Positions 16,871 to 25,074 of a stretch of 40,823 nt of DNA are shown here, piece by piece. The notes below the pieces were generated by a model, which was not told the DNA's origin, did no database searches, and saw nothing but the letters and a program-made list of their open reading frames with translations. The position numbers and the translations under genes were made by a program. The stretch lies in assembly GCA_027069285.1 (NCBI GenBank), contig JALXEW010000258.1:1-40823 (forward strand), given 5' to 3'. Each line of letters opens with the position of its first letter. The stretch's first letter is position 1. The stretch is from Ardenticatenia bacterium (GTDB lineage: Bacteria > Chloroflexota > Anaerolineae > Aggregatilineales > JALXEW01).

Positions 16871-17761
16871 TCAGCGTCGGAAATAAAGGGCGAACCCGGT
16901 CAGCACCTCACCCCCGGCAGGCGTGGCATCCTCATCCTCCGTCTCCGGCGTACACGGGCCGGTGATCAACTCGTCGGACCGCTCGCTAAGCCCCGGCAGA
17001 TCAACCCTATATGCCACATCCGGTTCCATACGAAAATCGGCATACGCCGGGCCTTCCTCCGGTTTCAACCCGGTGAAAAAGCGATCCTCACCGCCCTGCC
17101 AGCTCACCCTCACCTCGACCCCCGGCACCCCCTCGCCGTCCGCATCCTCCACATAAACCTCCAATACCCCCGAATAAGCCGGGTTACAAAACTCCTGCAC
17201 AAACACCAACTCGAAATCCCCGGTAGGGGTATCGGTCGGGCTTGGCGAAGGGGTGAGAGTGCCCAAAGTCGGCGTTGGGGACGGAGTACGGGTGGGGAAA
17301 CTCAGCACAATAGTCGGGGTTGGCGTCGGCGTCACCGGCGTAGGAGTCGGCGGGACGGTGGCATCCGGATTCCCTATAATCACATCCGCGCACCCGGCCT
17401 TACCCTGCAGCCGATAAAGCCGCACCATATCCGTCAGAATGCGTGACTCGGCATTAGAGCGCGGCCATCCGCCGACCACAAGCTCACACGCCATATCCGC
17501 CACCAACTGGAGCGGATCGTCAGAGCCGAACGCCGCCAGCCTCGACAGCGCCCGCTCCAGATCGCGATCCTGCCCGTAAGCTGCGGCGATCATCGCCACA
17601 TACTGCGCCTTACTTTCGGGATCGAGCTGCCAGGGAGCGGTATCGTACTGTACCAGAGGGTCCACATTCCAGGCATAGTAGAGCGACAGCCCCACGCCGA
17701 CCGCCAGACCCATCAGCACCCCGATCCACGAGACGGCCCCGCCCTTATGCTTAGCCTTCAT
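16871..17761 (-). CDS. Hypothetical single-pass membrane protein with PT linker; paralogue of the upstream gene
   Basis: N-terminal TM (VSWIGVLMGLAVGVGLSLYYAW), a ~110-aa domain similar to ORF 17758-18159, a PTPTP-rich linker and an acidic C-terminal domain. Its ATG overlaps the upstream stop (ATGA). Confidence 0.7.
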   Translation of the reverse strand: MKAKHKGGAVSWIGVLMGLAVGVGLSLYYAWNVDPLVQYDTAPWQLDPESKAQYVAMIAAAYGQDRDLERALSRLAAFGSDDPLQLVADMACELVVGGWPRSNAESRILTDMVRLYRLQGKAGCADVIIGNPDATVPPTPTPVTPTPTPTIVLSFPTRTPSPTPTLGTLTPSPSPTDTPTGDFELVFVQEFCNPAYSGVLEVYVEDADGEGVPGVEVRVSWQGGEDRFFTGLKPEEGPAYADFRMEPDVAYRVDLPGLSERSDELITGPCTPETEDEDATPAGGEVLTGFALYFRR

Positions 17762-18159
17762 TGCCCCCGGAACTCCGGCGTCTGCGTGGCAGGCAAACGG
17801 TATGGCTCCATCGGCGGGGTGAGCCGCCCCAGCGCCTCCGAGAGCGCCACCAGGTTGATGATGTCGGTCATACTACGCCCGGTGGAGATATAAGTCTCGG
17901 TCAGCTCCTGGACGTACTGGGGTATGTTGGTCTCGCCCAGCCACCGCAACTGCTCTATGGCGACACTCGGATCGCGATGCTGACGGAAGGCCGTTGCCAC
18001 CATCACGGTGTAGTCAGCGCGGTACACCTCGTCCAGGTCCCGCAGCGGGCTATGCACATACTCGACCGGCGCGATCACCCAGCCTATCGTCAGCCCGATC
18101 GCCACCCCGACCGAGCCGCCGAGCAAGAACGAGAACGCAAACCGCCAAAAACCCCTCAT
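17758..18159 (-). CDS. Hypothetical small single-pass membrane protein (133 aa)
   Basis: The start is taken at MRGFWRFAFSFLLGG (ATG 18159) because the longer track ORF runs through the tRNA gene. The TM plus ~100-aa domain aligns by eye with the N-terminus of the next gene. Confidence 0.6.
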   Translation of the reverse strand: MRGFWRFAFSFLLGGSVGVAIGLTIGWVIAPVEYVHSPLRDLDEVYRADYTVMVATAFRQHRDPSVAIEQLRWLGETNIPQYVQELTETYISTGRSMTDIINLVALSEALGRLTPPMEPYRLPATQTPEFRGQ

Positions 18160-18185
18160 GGAACCGGCCCCCGCCGTACCGGGCG

Positions 18186-18212
18186 ATAAAAAAGCCGGGG
18201 TCAGACCCGGCT
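18186..18212 (-). terminator. Rho-independent terminator after tRNA-Leu
   Basis: On the minus strand: AGCCGGG-TCTGAC-CCCGGCT followed by TTTTTTAT. It begins 7 nt after the tRNA 3' end. Confidence 0.7.
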
Positions 18213-18218
18213 GAGCCA

Positions 18219-18300
18219 TGCCGGAGGTGGGATTCGAACCCACACGGGTTGCCCCGCGCGATTTTGAGTCGCGTGCGTCTGCCTGTTCCGCCACTCCGGC
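18219..18300 (-). tRNA. tRNA-Leu (anticodon CAA)
   Basis: Hand-folded cloverleaf. Acceptor GCCGGAG/CTCCGGC, 3-bp D stem, anticodon stem CGCGA/TCGCG with loop CTCAAAA, long variable arm, T arm GTGGG-TTCGAAT-CCCAC. CCA is not encoded. Confidence 0.9.
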
Positions 18301-18355
18301 CAGCTGCCAATAGTATAGCACAGAACCGCCCTTTTGGCTACGCATCACCGAGCAG

Positions 18356-18385
18356 TTGACGCCTAGAACATAAGTTCGGTATAAT
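18356..18385 (+). promoter_or_regulatory. Sigma-70-type promoter of the radical-SAM gene
   Basis: TTGACG (18356-18361), an 18-nt spacer, then TATAAT (18380-18385). Confidence 0.6.
18366..18377. promoter_or_regulatory. LexA (SOS, Cheo-type) box GAACATAAGTTC
   Basis: Matches GAAC-N4-GTTC and lies inside the promoter spacer. The 14-mer TAGAACATAAGTTC is identical to the one at the uvrA promoter. Confidence 0.65.
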
Positions 18386-18396
18386 CCCAACAGGGG

Positions 18397-19554
18397 ATGA
18401 CGGCGAGGAGACAAATGCTCATCAAAGCACAGCCCGAACTTTCCGAAAAACTGGCGCTCATGGGCAACGCGGCCAGACATGAACCGGCTGGCGATGCGCC
18501 GGATGAGCAACTCGACAAAGCCATGCACTGCATCGCATACGTCGCCACGCCCCAGGGCCGCAAGCCGATACTGAAAGCACTACTCACGTCCCACTGCGAG
18601 CGCAGTTGCCACTACTGCCCATTCCGGGCCGGACGTCCCATGCGGCGCGTGAGCTTCACCCCGGATGAGCTGGCGGCGGCCTTCGATGCCATGCACCGCG
18701 CCGGATTAGTACAGGGCATATTCATCTCATCCGGCATCCTGAACGGCGGCGTAGCCATACAGGACAAAATCCTGGCGACCGCCGACATCATCCGTCACAA
18801 ACACAAATACGCCGGCTACATGCACATCAAGATAATGCCCGGTGCCGAATACGATCAGGTCCGCCGCGCCATGCAACTTGGAGATCGGGTCTCCGTCAAC
18901 CTCGAAGCGCCATCGGCAAAACACCTACAAAAGCTGGCTCCCCAAAAAAACTTCCACTCCGAACTAACAAAGCGGCTGGCCTGGACATATGAGATACGCG
19001 CCCGCGAGGGCCTGCGTGCCGGGACAGTGACCCAATTCGTCGTCGGAGCGGCAGACGAGACAGACCTGGAACTCTTAGAACTCAGCGCCAGGCTCTACCG
19101 CCAACTGGGCCTCCGCAGAGTCTACTTCTCGGCCTTCGAGCCGATCCCCAACACCCCGCTCGAGGGCCGATCGCCGACCCCACCGATCCGGGAGCGGCGG
19201 CTATACCAGGCCGGATTTCTCCTGCGCGACTACGGTTGGGACGTGGAAGAACTGCCTTTTGCGCCAGATGGTAACCTCCGCACCGATGTCGACCCCAAAT
19301 TAGCGTGGGCGCTGGAAAACCTGGCCGAGGCGCCGGTGGACGTGATGAAAGCCTCGCGCCGGGAACTCCTACATGTTCCAGGCATCGGCCCCAAAGGCGC
19401 CGACGCCATAATCAAAGCGCGGAAACTCGGCCCATTGCGCAGCCTGGAAGACCTGCGAGCCATCGGAATACGAAACGTCAGAAGGGCCGCCCCCTTCATC
19501 CTCTTCGGCGGGCGGCGCCCCGATCGGCAGCTGACGTTATTCCCCGCCGGATAA
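18397..19554 (+). CDS. Radical SAM protein with C-terminal helix-hairpin-helix ('putative DNA modification/repair radical SAM protein' type)
   Basis: CxxxCxxC cluster motif CERSCHYCPF. N-terminal KLALMGNAARHE block. C-terminal HhH LLHVPGIGPKGADAIIKARKLG. ATG 18415 (GAGGAG 4 nt upstream) is an alternative start. Confidence 0.85.
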   Translation: MTARRQMLIKAQPELSEKLALMGNAARHEPAGDAPDEQLDKAMHCIAYVATPQGRKPILKALLTSHCERSCHYCPFRAGRPMRRVSFTPDELAAAFDAMHRAGLVQGIFISSGILNGGVAIQDKILATADIIRHKHKYAGYMHIKIMPGAEYDQVRRAMQLGDRVSVNLEAPSAKHLQKLAPQKNFHSELTKRLAWTYEIRAREGLRAGTVTQFVVGAADETDLELLELSARLYRQLGLRRVYFSAFEPIPNTPLEGRSPTPPIRERRLYQAGFLLRDYGWDVEELPFAPDGNLRTDVDPKLAWALENLAEAPVDVMKASRRELLHVPGIGPKGADAIIKARKLGPLRSLEDLRAIGIRNVRRAAPFILFGGRRPDRQLTLFPAG

Positions 19555-21090
19555 CATCTCGCGGGCCTTTTGGCGCAACTCCCGTTTCAACACCTTCCCC
19601 GCCGCCGAGATCGGCAACCCATCCGTGAAGATCACGCGCTTTGGCACCTTATACCGCGCCAGGTTATCGTAAAGGAAATCCAGCAACTCCCGTTCCGAGG
19701 CCTCAATGCCCGGCCTGAGCACCACGAACGCCCAGCCCACCTCTCCCCACTTATCATCCGGCACGCCGACCACCGCGCACTGTGCCACTGCCGGATGGCG
19801 GTAAAGCACCTGCTCGATCTCGACCGGGTACACATTCTCCCCGCCGGAGATAAACATATCCTTCTTACGGTCTACAATGAAGAAATACCACTCCTCATCA
19901 TAATAAGCCAGGTCGCCGGTGTGGAACCACCCCTCATCGTCAACCGCCTCCTCCGTGGCCTGGGGATTATTGAAATAGCCGGAGCAGAACGACGGCCCCT
20001 TAAGCACCAACTCGCCCACCTGATTCGGCCCCAGCGGACGGTTTTGATCATCGACGATCCGGGCGTCCACGTAGAAATTAGGGCGCCCTATTGAGCCGGC
20101 CTTACGTTCCGCATCCTCCGGTGCCAGGGCGAAGATGCCAGGCCCGAACTCAGTCATCCCAAACCCCTGCTTGAACCGTACCCCCTTTTCCCGCATAAAC
20201 TGCCGGATCAGCGGGACAGGCAGCGGCGCACCGCCCGAAGTACAAAAGCGCAGCGAACTGAGATCGGCCTCCGGCCAATTCGGCGCCTGGGTCATCATCT
20301 GGTACATCGTCGGCACCCCGGCGAAAACCGTCGCCCTGTACTTTTGGATCAGGTCAAGCACCAGCGCCGGATCGAACTGGCGAATCAGCACCACCGTTCC
20401 GCCCAAGATCATCAGCGGCATAGTGTAGACCAGCAAACCGCCCGTATGGAAAAGCGGGAAGACGTTGACGGTAACGTCGCCCGGCATCAGATCATGGATC
20501 ACGGTATTAAGCGTATTCCACGCGATCATGCGATGGCTGATCTGAGCGCCTTTTGGGAGTCCCGTAGTGCCGCCGGTGAACAACAGGCACGCTATATCCT
20601 CCTCGGTCAGCGACTCGCACTCGACCGGCGTATTCGGCGCCGAATCCAGCGCCCGCTCGAACAGGATACTCCCCGGAAGCCCATCGGATTCGACGTGCAG
20701 CAGGCGCGGCTCGATCCCGGCCTCCCGAACCGCGTCGCCGACAGTCCGGGCGAACTCCGACGAATAGATCACCGCCTTTGGCGAGGTATCCCGCATAAGC
20801 GCGGCCAGCTCACGCCAATGCAACCGCCGGTTATAAGGCGTCAGGATCGCGCCGAGCTTCCCGCAGGCGAAAAACGCATCCAGGTACTCGACCCCATCAT
20901 AAGCGACGATCCCCACCCGGTCGCCTTTGGAAATGCCCGCCTCGCCACTCAACCAATTAGCGAGCCGATTCGCCCGATCATTCATCTGCGCATAGGTGAA
21001 ACTCACCGCCGGGCTTTTCCCCTCATCCACCACCGCGAGCCTATCCGGCGAGTAGATCGCCCGGCGTCCGGCGACATCACCGATGTACAC
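19537..21090 (-). CDS. AMP-dependent acyl-CoA synthetase/ligase (FadD-like)
   Basis: AMP-binding signature LFTGGTTGLPKGA plus GFGMTE, TGDLAYYDEEWYFFIVDRKKDMFISGGENV and the terminal PISAAGKVLKREL. GTG start with AAGGAG 8 nt upstream. Confidence 0.9.
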   Translation of the reverse strand: MYIGDVAGRRAIYSPDRLAVVDEGKSPAVSFTYAQMNDRANRLANWLSGEAGISKGDRVGIVAYDGVEYLDAFFACGKLGAILTPYNRRLHWRELAALMRDTSPKAVIYSSEFARTVGDAVREAGIEPRLLHVESDGLPGSILFERALDSAPNTPVECESLTEEDIACLLFTGGTTGLPKGAQISHRMIAWNTLNTVIHDLMPGDVTVNVFPLFHTGGLLVYTMPLMILGGTVVLIRQFDPALVLDLIQKYRATVFAGVPTMYQMMTQAPNWPEADLSSLRFCTSGGAPLPVPLIRQFMREKGVRFKQGFGMTEFGPGIFALAPEDAERKAGSIGRPNFYVDARIVDDQNRPLGPNQVGELVLKGPSFCSGYFNNPQATEEAVDDEGWFHTGDLAYYDEEWYFFIVDRKKDMFISGGENVYPVEIEQVLYRHPAVAQCAVVGVPDDKWGEVGWAFVVLRPGIEASERELLDFLYDNLARYKVPKRVIFTDGLPISAAGKVLKRELRQKAREMLSGGE

Positions 21091-21236
21091 AGCCTCGACT
21101 CCTTTCGCTCCAGACCATGCCGCACAATCCCATTATACCCCGCGCAACAAATTGCAGATCGGCTTCCTATATCGGGTGACACCATGCTACAATCCAAAAG
21201 ACATCCCAGAGTGCCGGCACAACCGGAGGGGTGATA

Positions 21237-22244
21237 GTGGAAAGCGAAAGCAAACACATCCTGATCACCGGCGGCGCGGGCTACATCGGCTCGATGCTGA
21301 CCGGCAGACTGCTTCGCGCCGGGCATCGCGTCACCGTGCTGGACGAACTGCTATGGGGCGGCGAGTCGCTACTGGCCTACTTCCCCCACCCGAACTTCCG
21401 TTTCGCCAAAGTGAACGTCACCGAGCCGGATATGGCACGCCCATACTTTGACAGCGTTGACGCAGTTATTCACCTGGCCGCCATAGTGGGCTTCCCGGCA
21501 TGTCAGCAAGTTGGCCCACAGGTGGCAAGACTCTACAACGTCGAGGCCACCAGATACGTCTTCGACCTGGCCGACCAGGCCGGCGCGGAACGCTTCATCT
21601 TCGCCTCCACATACAGCAATTACGGCATCTCGCCGGATGGCTCACCGGTGGACGAGGATTCCCCCCTCAACCCCCAATCCCTCTACGCCGAGACCAAGAT
21701 CGAGGCCGAGCGCTTCCTGTTAGAGCAGGGGAAGCACGCAAACTGCGCTCCGGTCATATTACGCTTTGCCACGCTATTTGGCATCTCCCCGCGCACCAGA
21801 TTCGACCTGATCGTCAACCAGTTCGTCCTGGAGGCGATGACGAAAGGAGAGCTGATAATATACCAGCGCGGCTACCATCGCTCATTCGTGCATGTGCGGG
21901 ACACCGTTGAGGGGATCGTACTGGCACTCTCGGCAGACCGGGAGAAAGTGGCCGGCGAGATATTCAACCTGGGCGACGAGCGTGGGAACAAAAGCAAGGA
22001 CGAGATCGTCGAGCTGGTCGCCGAAGTCGTGCCTGGCCTCAAAGTACGCTATAAAGACCTGACCTTTGGCGGGGATATGCGTGACATCCGCGTGCGATTC
22101 GACAAGATCAGGCGGGTACTGGGCTTCCGGGCGCGGATCACGGTGGAAGAGGGCATACGTGAAGTCCACGACGCCATCCGTCTGGGCGTGATCCGGGATC
22201 CGCTATCACCGAAATATCGCAACGCCACCTTCATAGTACAGTAA
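21237..22244 (+). CDS. NAD-dependent epimerase/dehydratase (extended SDR)
   Basis: ILITGGAGYIGS glycine motif and YAETK catalytic YxxxK. GGAGG sits 7 nt upstream of GTG 21237; the track start at 21231 is too close to the RBS. An extended -10 TGCTACAAT lies at 21185-21193. Confidence 0.9.
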   Translation: MESESKHILITGGAGYIGSMLTGRLLRAGHRVTVLDELLWGGESLLAYFPHPNFRFAKVNVTEPDMARPYFDSVDAVIHLAAIVGFPACQQVGPQVARLYNVEATRYVFDLADQAGAERFIFASTYSNYGISPDGSPVDEDSPLNPQSLYAETKIEAERFLLEQGKHANCAPVILRFATLFGISPRTRFDLIVNQFVLEAMTKGELIIYQRGYHRSFVHVRDTVEGIVLALSADREKVAGEIFNLGDERGNKSKDEIVELVAEVVPGLKVRYKDLTFGGDMRDIRVRFDKIRRVLGFRARITVEEGIREVHDAIRLGVIRDPLSPKYRNATFIVQ

Positions 22245-22279
22245 ATACGTGCAGCAGGCATAGTGATCGGGGGTGAGAA

Positions 22280-23824
22280 GTGAAATACAGGGCAACTCTC
22301 CTGGCCGGGGCGTTGATAGCGATACTGGTCGCGCAACCGGCAGCGGCGCAAGAGGGCGGATACGCCTTCGTACGCCAATGGGGTGGCGAGGGAACTGCCG
22401 AAGGGCAATTCAACTTCCCTCGCGCCATAGCCATCGGTCCGGACGGGAACCTATACGTGGCAGATAGCGAGAATCACCGCATTCAAGTCTTCGGCACCGA
22501 CGGCTCATTCATCCGGGCGTGGGGAAGCTACGGATCAGAGGCCGGGCAGTTTGACGTGCCACAAGGCATAGCAGTTGACGCCTGGGGATTCGTTTACGTG
22601 AGCGACAGGAACAACAACCGCATCCAAAAATTCACCACCGACGGGGAATTCGTCACAATGTGGGGCAGCGAGGGCATCGGGGCTGGGCAATTCATCGAGC
22701 CGCGCAACCTGGCAGTCGGTCCCGGTGGGAACATCTATGTAGCCGATAGCTGGAACCATCGCATCCAGGTATTCGACCCGGACGGGAGACTCGTGATCAC
22801 CTGGGGCGGGCGGGGCACCGAGCCCGGCAGATTCAACTACGCCACCGGAGTCACAGTCGACTCCGAGGGTTTTGTATACGTCTGCGACGCCGACAACCAG
22901 CGAATCCAAAAGTTCACCCCGGACGGCATCCCCGTCACAACATGGGGAGAAGAAGGGAGCGGCCCCGGCCAATTCTCACGGCCATATAGCATCTCGGCTG
23001 GCCCGGATGGTTACATCTACGTAGTGGACGAGTGGAACCACAGGATACAGAAATTCACCCCAGATGGTGGCTTCGTGACGATGTGGGGCAGCGAAGGCGA
23101 CGGCCCGGGCCAGTTCTACCTGCCGCACGGCGTCGCGATTGACACCGATGGATTCGTCTACGTGGTTGACGAGTGGAATCACCGGATTCAAGTATTTCGC
23201 CCGGAAGGCGAGGCCGAGGGAGCGCTCCCCCCGACGCCGGAACCGCTCACCCCGACACCGGAGCCGTTCACCGTTACCCTCACAGAGCCGCCCACCCGTC
23301 CCCCGACCGTGGCGCCGGTGCCGGGAACCGATTACTTTGAGGACTTTCAGGACAACGTAGCCGATGGCTGGACTTTGGGGCCGACCTGGTTCATATTGCA
23401 GGAACAAGGCGGGAACTACATCCTGGTCGGGTTCGGGCCGGACCTGTCCCTGCTTTCCGAAATGGCCTGGGTCGACTTTGAGATGCAGTGCCGGCTCAAC
23501 ATCAGAGATGGCGAACCGCTCGTTATATTCAGGGGCGCCCCGGAGAACAGATACGTCCTATACCTCAGTGAAAATAGCACACAACTACTGCACATCGAGG
23601 ACAGCACCCCATCGCTCCTATCCGCCGGAGAACCGGTGCCACGCGACACATGGTTCACCCTGGACATAATAGTCGTAGGGCAGACAGTGCAAATCCTGGT
23701 CGACGGCAGGCTATACATAGACTCGATAGACCCCGCAGCGCCGCCGGAGGGAGTAGTCGGCTTCAGGGGGCCTACCGTCGGGGAAGTATGGGTGGATGAC
23801 GTGGCGGTAGGCCCCGTCGAATAA
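22280..23824 (+). CDS. Secreted six-bladed NHL-repeat beta-propeller protein with PT linker and C-terminal LamG/DUF1080-like domain
   Basis: Signal peptide, then six ~47-aa units ending in NHRIQ(V/K)F. A PTPEPLTPTPEP linker follows. The C-terminal beta-sandwich-like domain ends in GEVWVDDVAVG. Confidence 0.85.
   Translation: MKYRATLLAGALIAILVAQPAAAQEGGYAFVRQWGGEGTAEGQFNFPRAIAIGPDGNLYVADSENHRIQVFGTDGSFIRAWGSYGSEAGQFDVPQGIAVDAWGFVYVSDRNNNRIQKFTTDGEFVTMWGSEGIGAGQFIEPRNLAVGPGGNIYVADSWNHRIQVFDPDGRLVITWGGRGTEPGRFNYATGVTVDSEGFVYVCDADNQRIQKFTPDGIPVTTWGEEGSGPGQFSRPYSISAGPDGYIYVVDEWNHRIQKFTPDGGFVTMWGSEGDGPGQFYLPHGVAIDTDGFVYVVDEWNHRIQVFRPEGEAEGALPPTPEPLTPTPEPFTVTLTEPPTRPPTVAPVPGTDYFEDFQDNVADGWTLGPTWFILQEQGGNYILVGFGPDLSLLSEMAWVDFEMQCRLNIRDGEPLVIFRGAPENRYVLYLSENSTQLLHIEDSTPSLLSAGEPVPRDTWFTLDIIVVGQTVQILVDGRLYIDSIDPAAPPEGVVGFRGPTVGEVWVDDVAVGPVE
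22367..23197 (+). repeat. Six tandem NHL-repeat coding units
   Basis: The repeated peptide G.G.GQF..P.G.A....G..YV.D..N.RIQ.F sits at about 47-aa periodicity. Confidence 0.75.
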
Positions 23825-23838
23825 GCCGCCAGACCGCC

Positions 23839-24828
23839 CTACTTACCCATCATAGGCGCCTCCCCGCCCAGGAGCAGATCGTCCAACGGCGTACCGTTGA
23901 TCGAGCCAAGCGTGCCCGGCGCCCCGATCACCATCTCGAAGTACCGGCGCTGCTCGAAACAATCATCACCCTCCTGGACGATCAGCCCGATCATGGCCTC
24001 GGTGCCGTCTTCCGAAAGGGTAAACGGGCCGGGCAGGGCACAGGAATTGGAAAAATCGGCGAAAATCCTCAGCGCGATAGCCTCATCCGGCTCCAGGTCA
24101 TCCAACCGCGCCGTCTGAACCGCCTCAACCCTTACCAGCTCATCAGTTTCCACCGTATTGCCGAACAAAGTCAGGTCCGGCTCCTCATAATCCGAGAACC
24201 TGAGCCAGGCAACGCCGATCGGATCGGCCTGAAGGATCACATTATACGGGGGTTCAACATCGTACCATACGACGGCCACCACCGGCAGCTCCGCACTCAA
24301 ATACACTGCGGTCACCAGCGACGGGAAATACCCGGCACGCGCCGCCTCCCCGGTATCGAAGTCAAGCGGCACCCTCTCCCACGTGGCCCCTTCCTCCACA
24401 TCGAATCCCTGCTCCGCCAGGTAAGCCTCCAGCGCCGGGATCAGATTCTCCTCAACATTGACCCACTCGCCGGAGACCTCGCCTTCCGGCGACACCCGGC
24501 CAACCCAGATGCCCGGGCGGGAAATATCGGTCAACGCCACCTCGTACTCCGGGGAAGGCACCACCGGGGCACCGACTCTGGCCCGCCAGCTATCGTAAAC
24601 GAAGCCGGTCGTACCAAAGCCCACCAGCCCCATAGGAGTCCAATCCTGGGCCTCCCACTCAACCGCAGGTGGTGGCGGTGATTCCACATCCTGCGCGATC
24701 TCATCCAGCACCAGCTGGAGCACATCCACCGGCTCGATATACCCCTGGGCGCTCACACCTACCGCCGTGAGCACCGCCGCCAACGCCATCACAACTGCCA
24801 TAATGCGGACCGGTGTCATCATGCCCAT
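23839..24828 (-). CDS. Hypothetical secreted acidic protein
   Basis: Long ORF with signal peptide (IMAVVMALAAVLTAVGVSAQG) and strongly acidic composition. I recognise no motif. Confidence 0.65.
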   Translation of the reverse strand: MGMMTPVRIMAVVMALAAVLTAVGVSAQGYIEPVDVLQLVLDEIAQDVESPPPPAVEWEAQDWTPMGLVGFGTTGFVYDSWRARVGAPVVPSPEYEVALTDISRPGIWVGRVSPEGEVSGEWVNVEENLIPALEAYLAEQGFDVEEGATWERVPLDFDTGEAARAGYFPSLVTAVYLSAELPVVAVVWYDVEPPYNVILQADPIGVAWLRFSDYEEPDLTLFGNTVETDELVRVEAVQTARLDDLEPDEAIALRIFADFSNSCALPGPFTLSEDGTEAMIGLIVQEGDDCFEQRRYFEMVIGAPGTLGSINGTPLDDLLLGGEAPMMGK

Positions 24829-25002
24829 ATCCTCCTTTCCCAGTCACGCGGCATCAGGCCGATTCCGGCCTGCCGGTTATTTTGGCATATCGGCCACATC
24901 ACGCAAAGCGCGGATGCACAATAAGCCGGCTCAGATCACCGGCACCCTGATAAGAGAGTCGCCGGGAAGGCCACTTATGGGCTTCCCACATCCTCCTACC
25001 CC

Positions 25003-25031
25003 TTGACATCGGGGCCGTTTTATCCTACGAT
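25003..25031 (+). promoter_or_regulatory. Sigma-70-type promoter of the fadR operon
   Basis: TTGACA (25003-25008), a 17-nt spacer, then TACGAT (25026-25031). Confidence 0.55.
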
Positions 25032-25041
25032 ACCCCCAAAC

Positions 25042-25052
25042 TGGTCAGACCA
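25042..25052. promoter_or_regulatory. FadR/GntR-type operator TGGTC-A-GACCA
   Basis: Perfect 5-bp inverted repeat within AACTGGTCAGACCACTT. It resembles the E. coli fadB FadR site CTGGTACGACCAG and lies about 10 nt downstream of the -10. Confidence 0.6.
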
Positions 25053-25074
25053 CTTACCACATGCGGAGATACAT

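Noticed and set aside
18160-18528. Upstream part of track ORF 17758-18528
   Set aside because: It reads straight through the tRNA-Leu gene, its terminator and the radical-SAM promoter. The plausible protein starts at ATG 18159 with a TM helix.
21100-21115. Possible FadR half-site (CCAGACCA) in the acyl-CoA synthetase/epimerase divergent region
   Set aside because: Only the GACCA half matches and the left arm is absent. That is not enough to claim FadR control of the FadD-like gene.
23218-23229. Perfect 12-bp palindrome GGGAGCGCTCCC resembling the LacI operator core
   Set aside because: It lies deep inside the NHL protein coding sequence (the PT-linker region), far from any promoter. GC-rich palindromes of this size are expected by chance.
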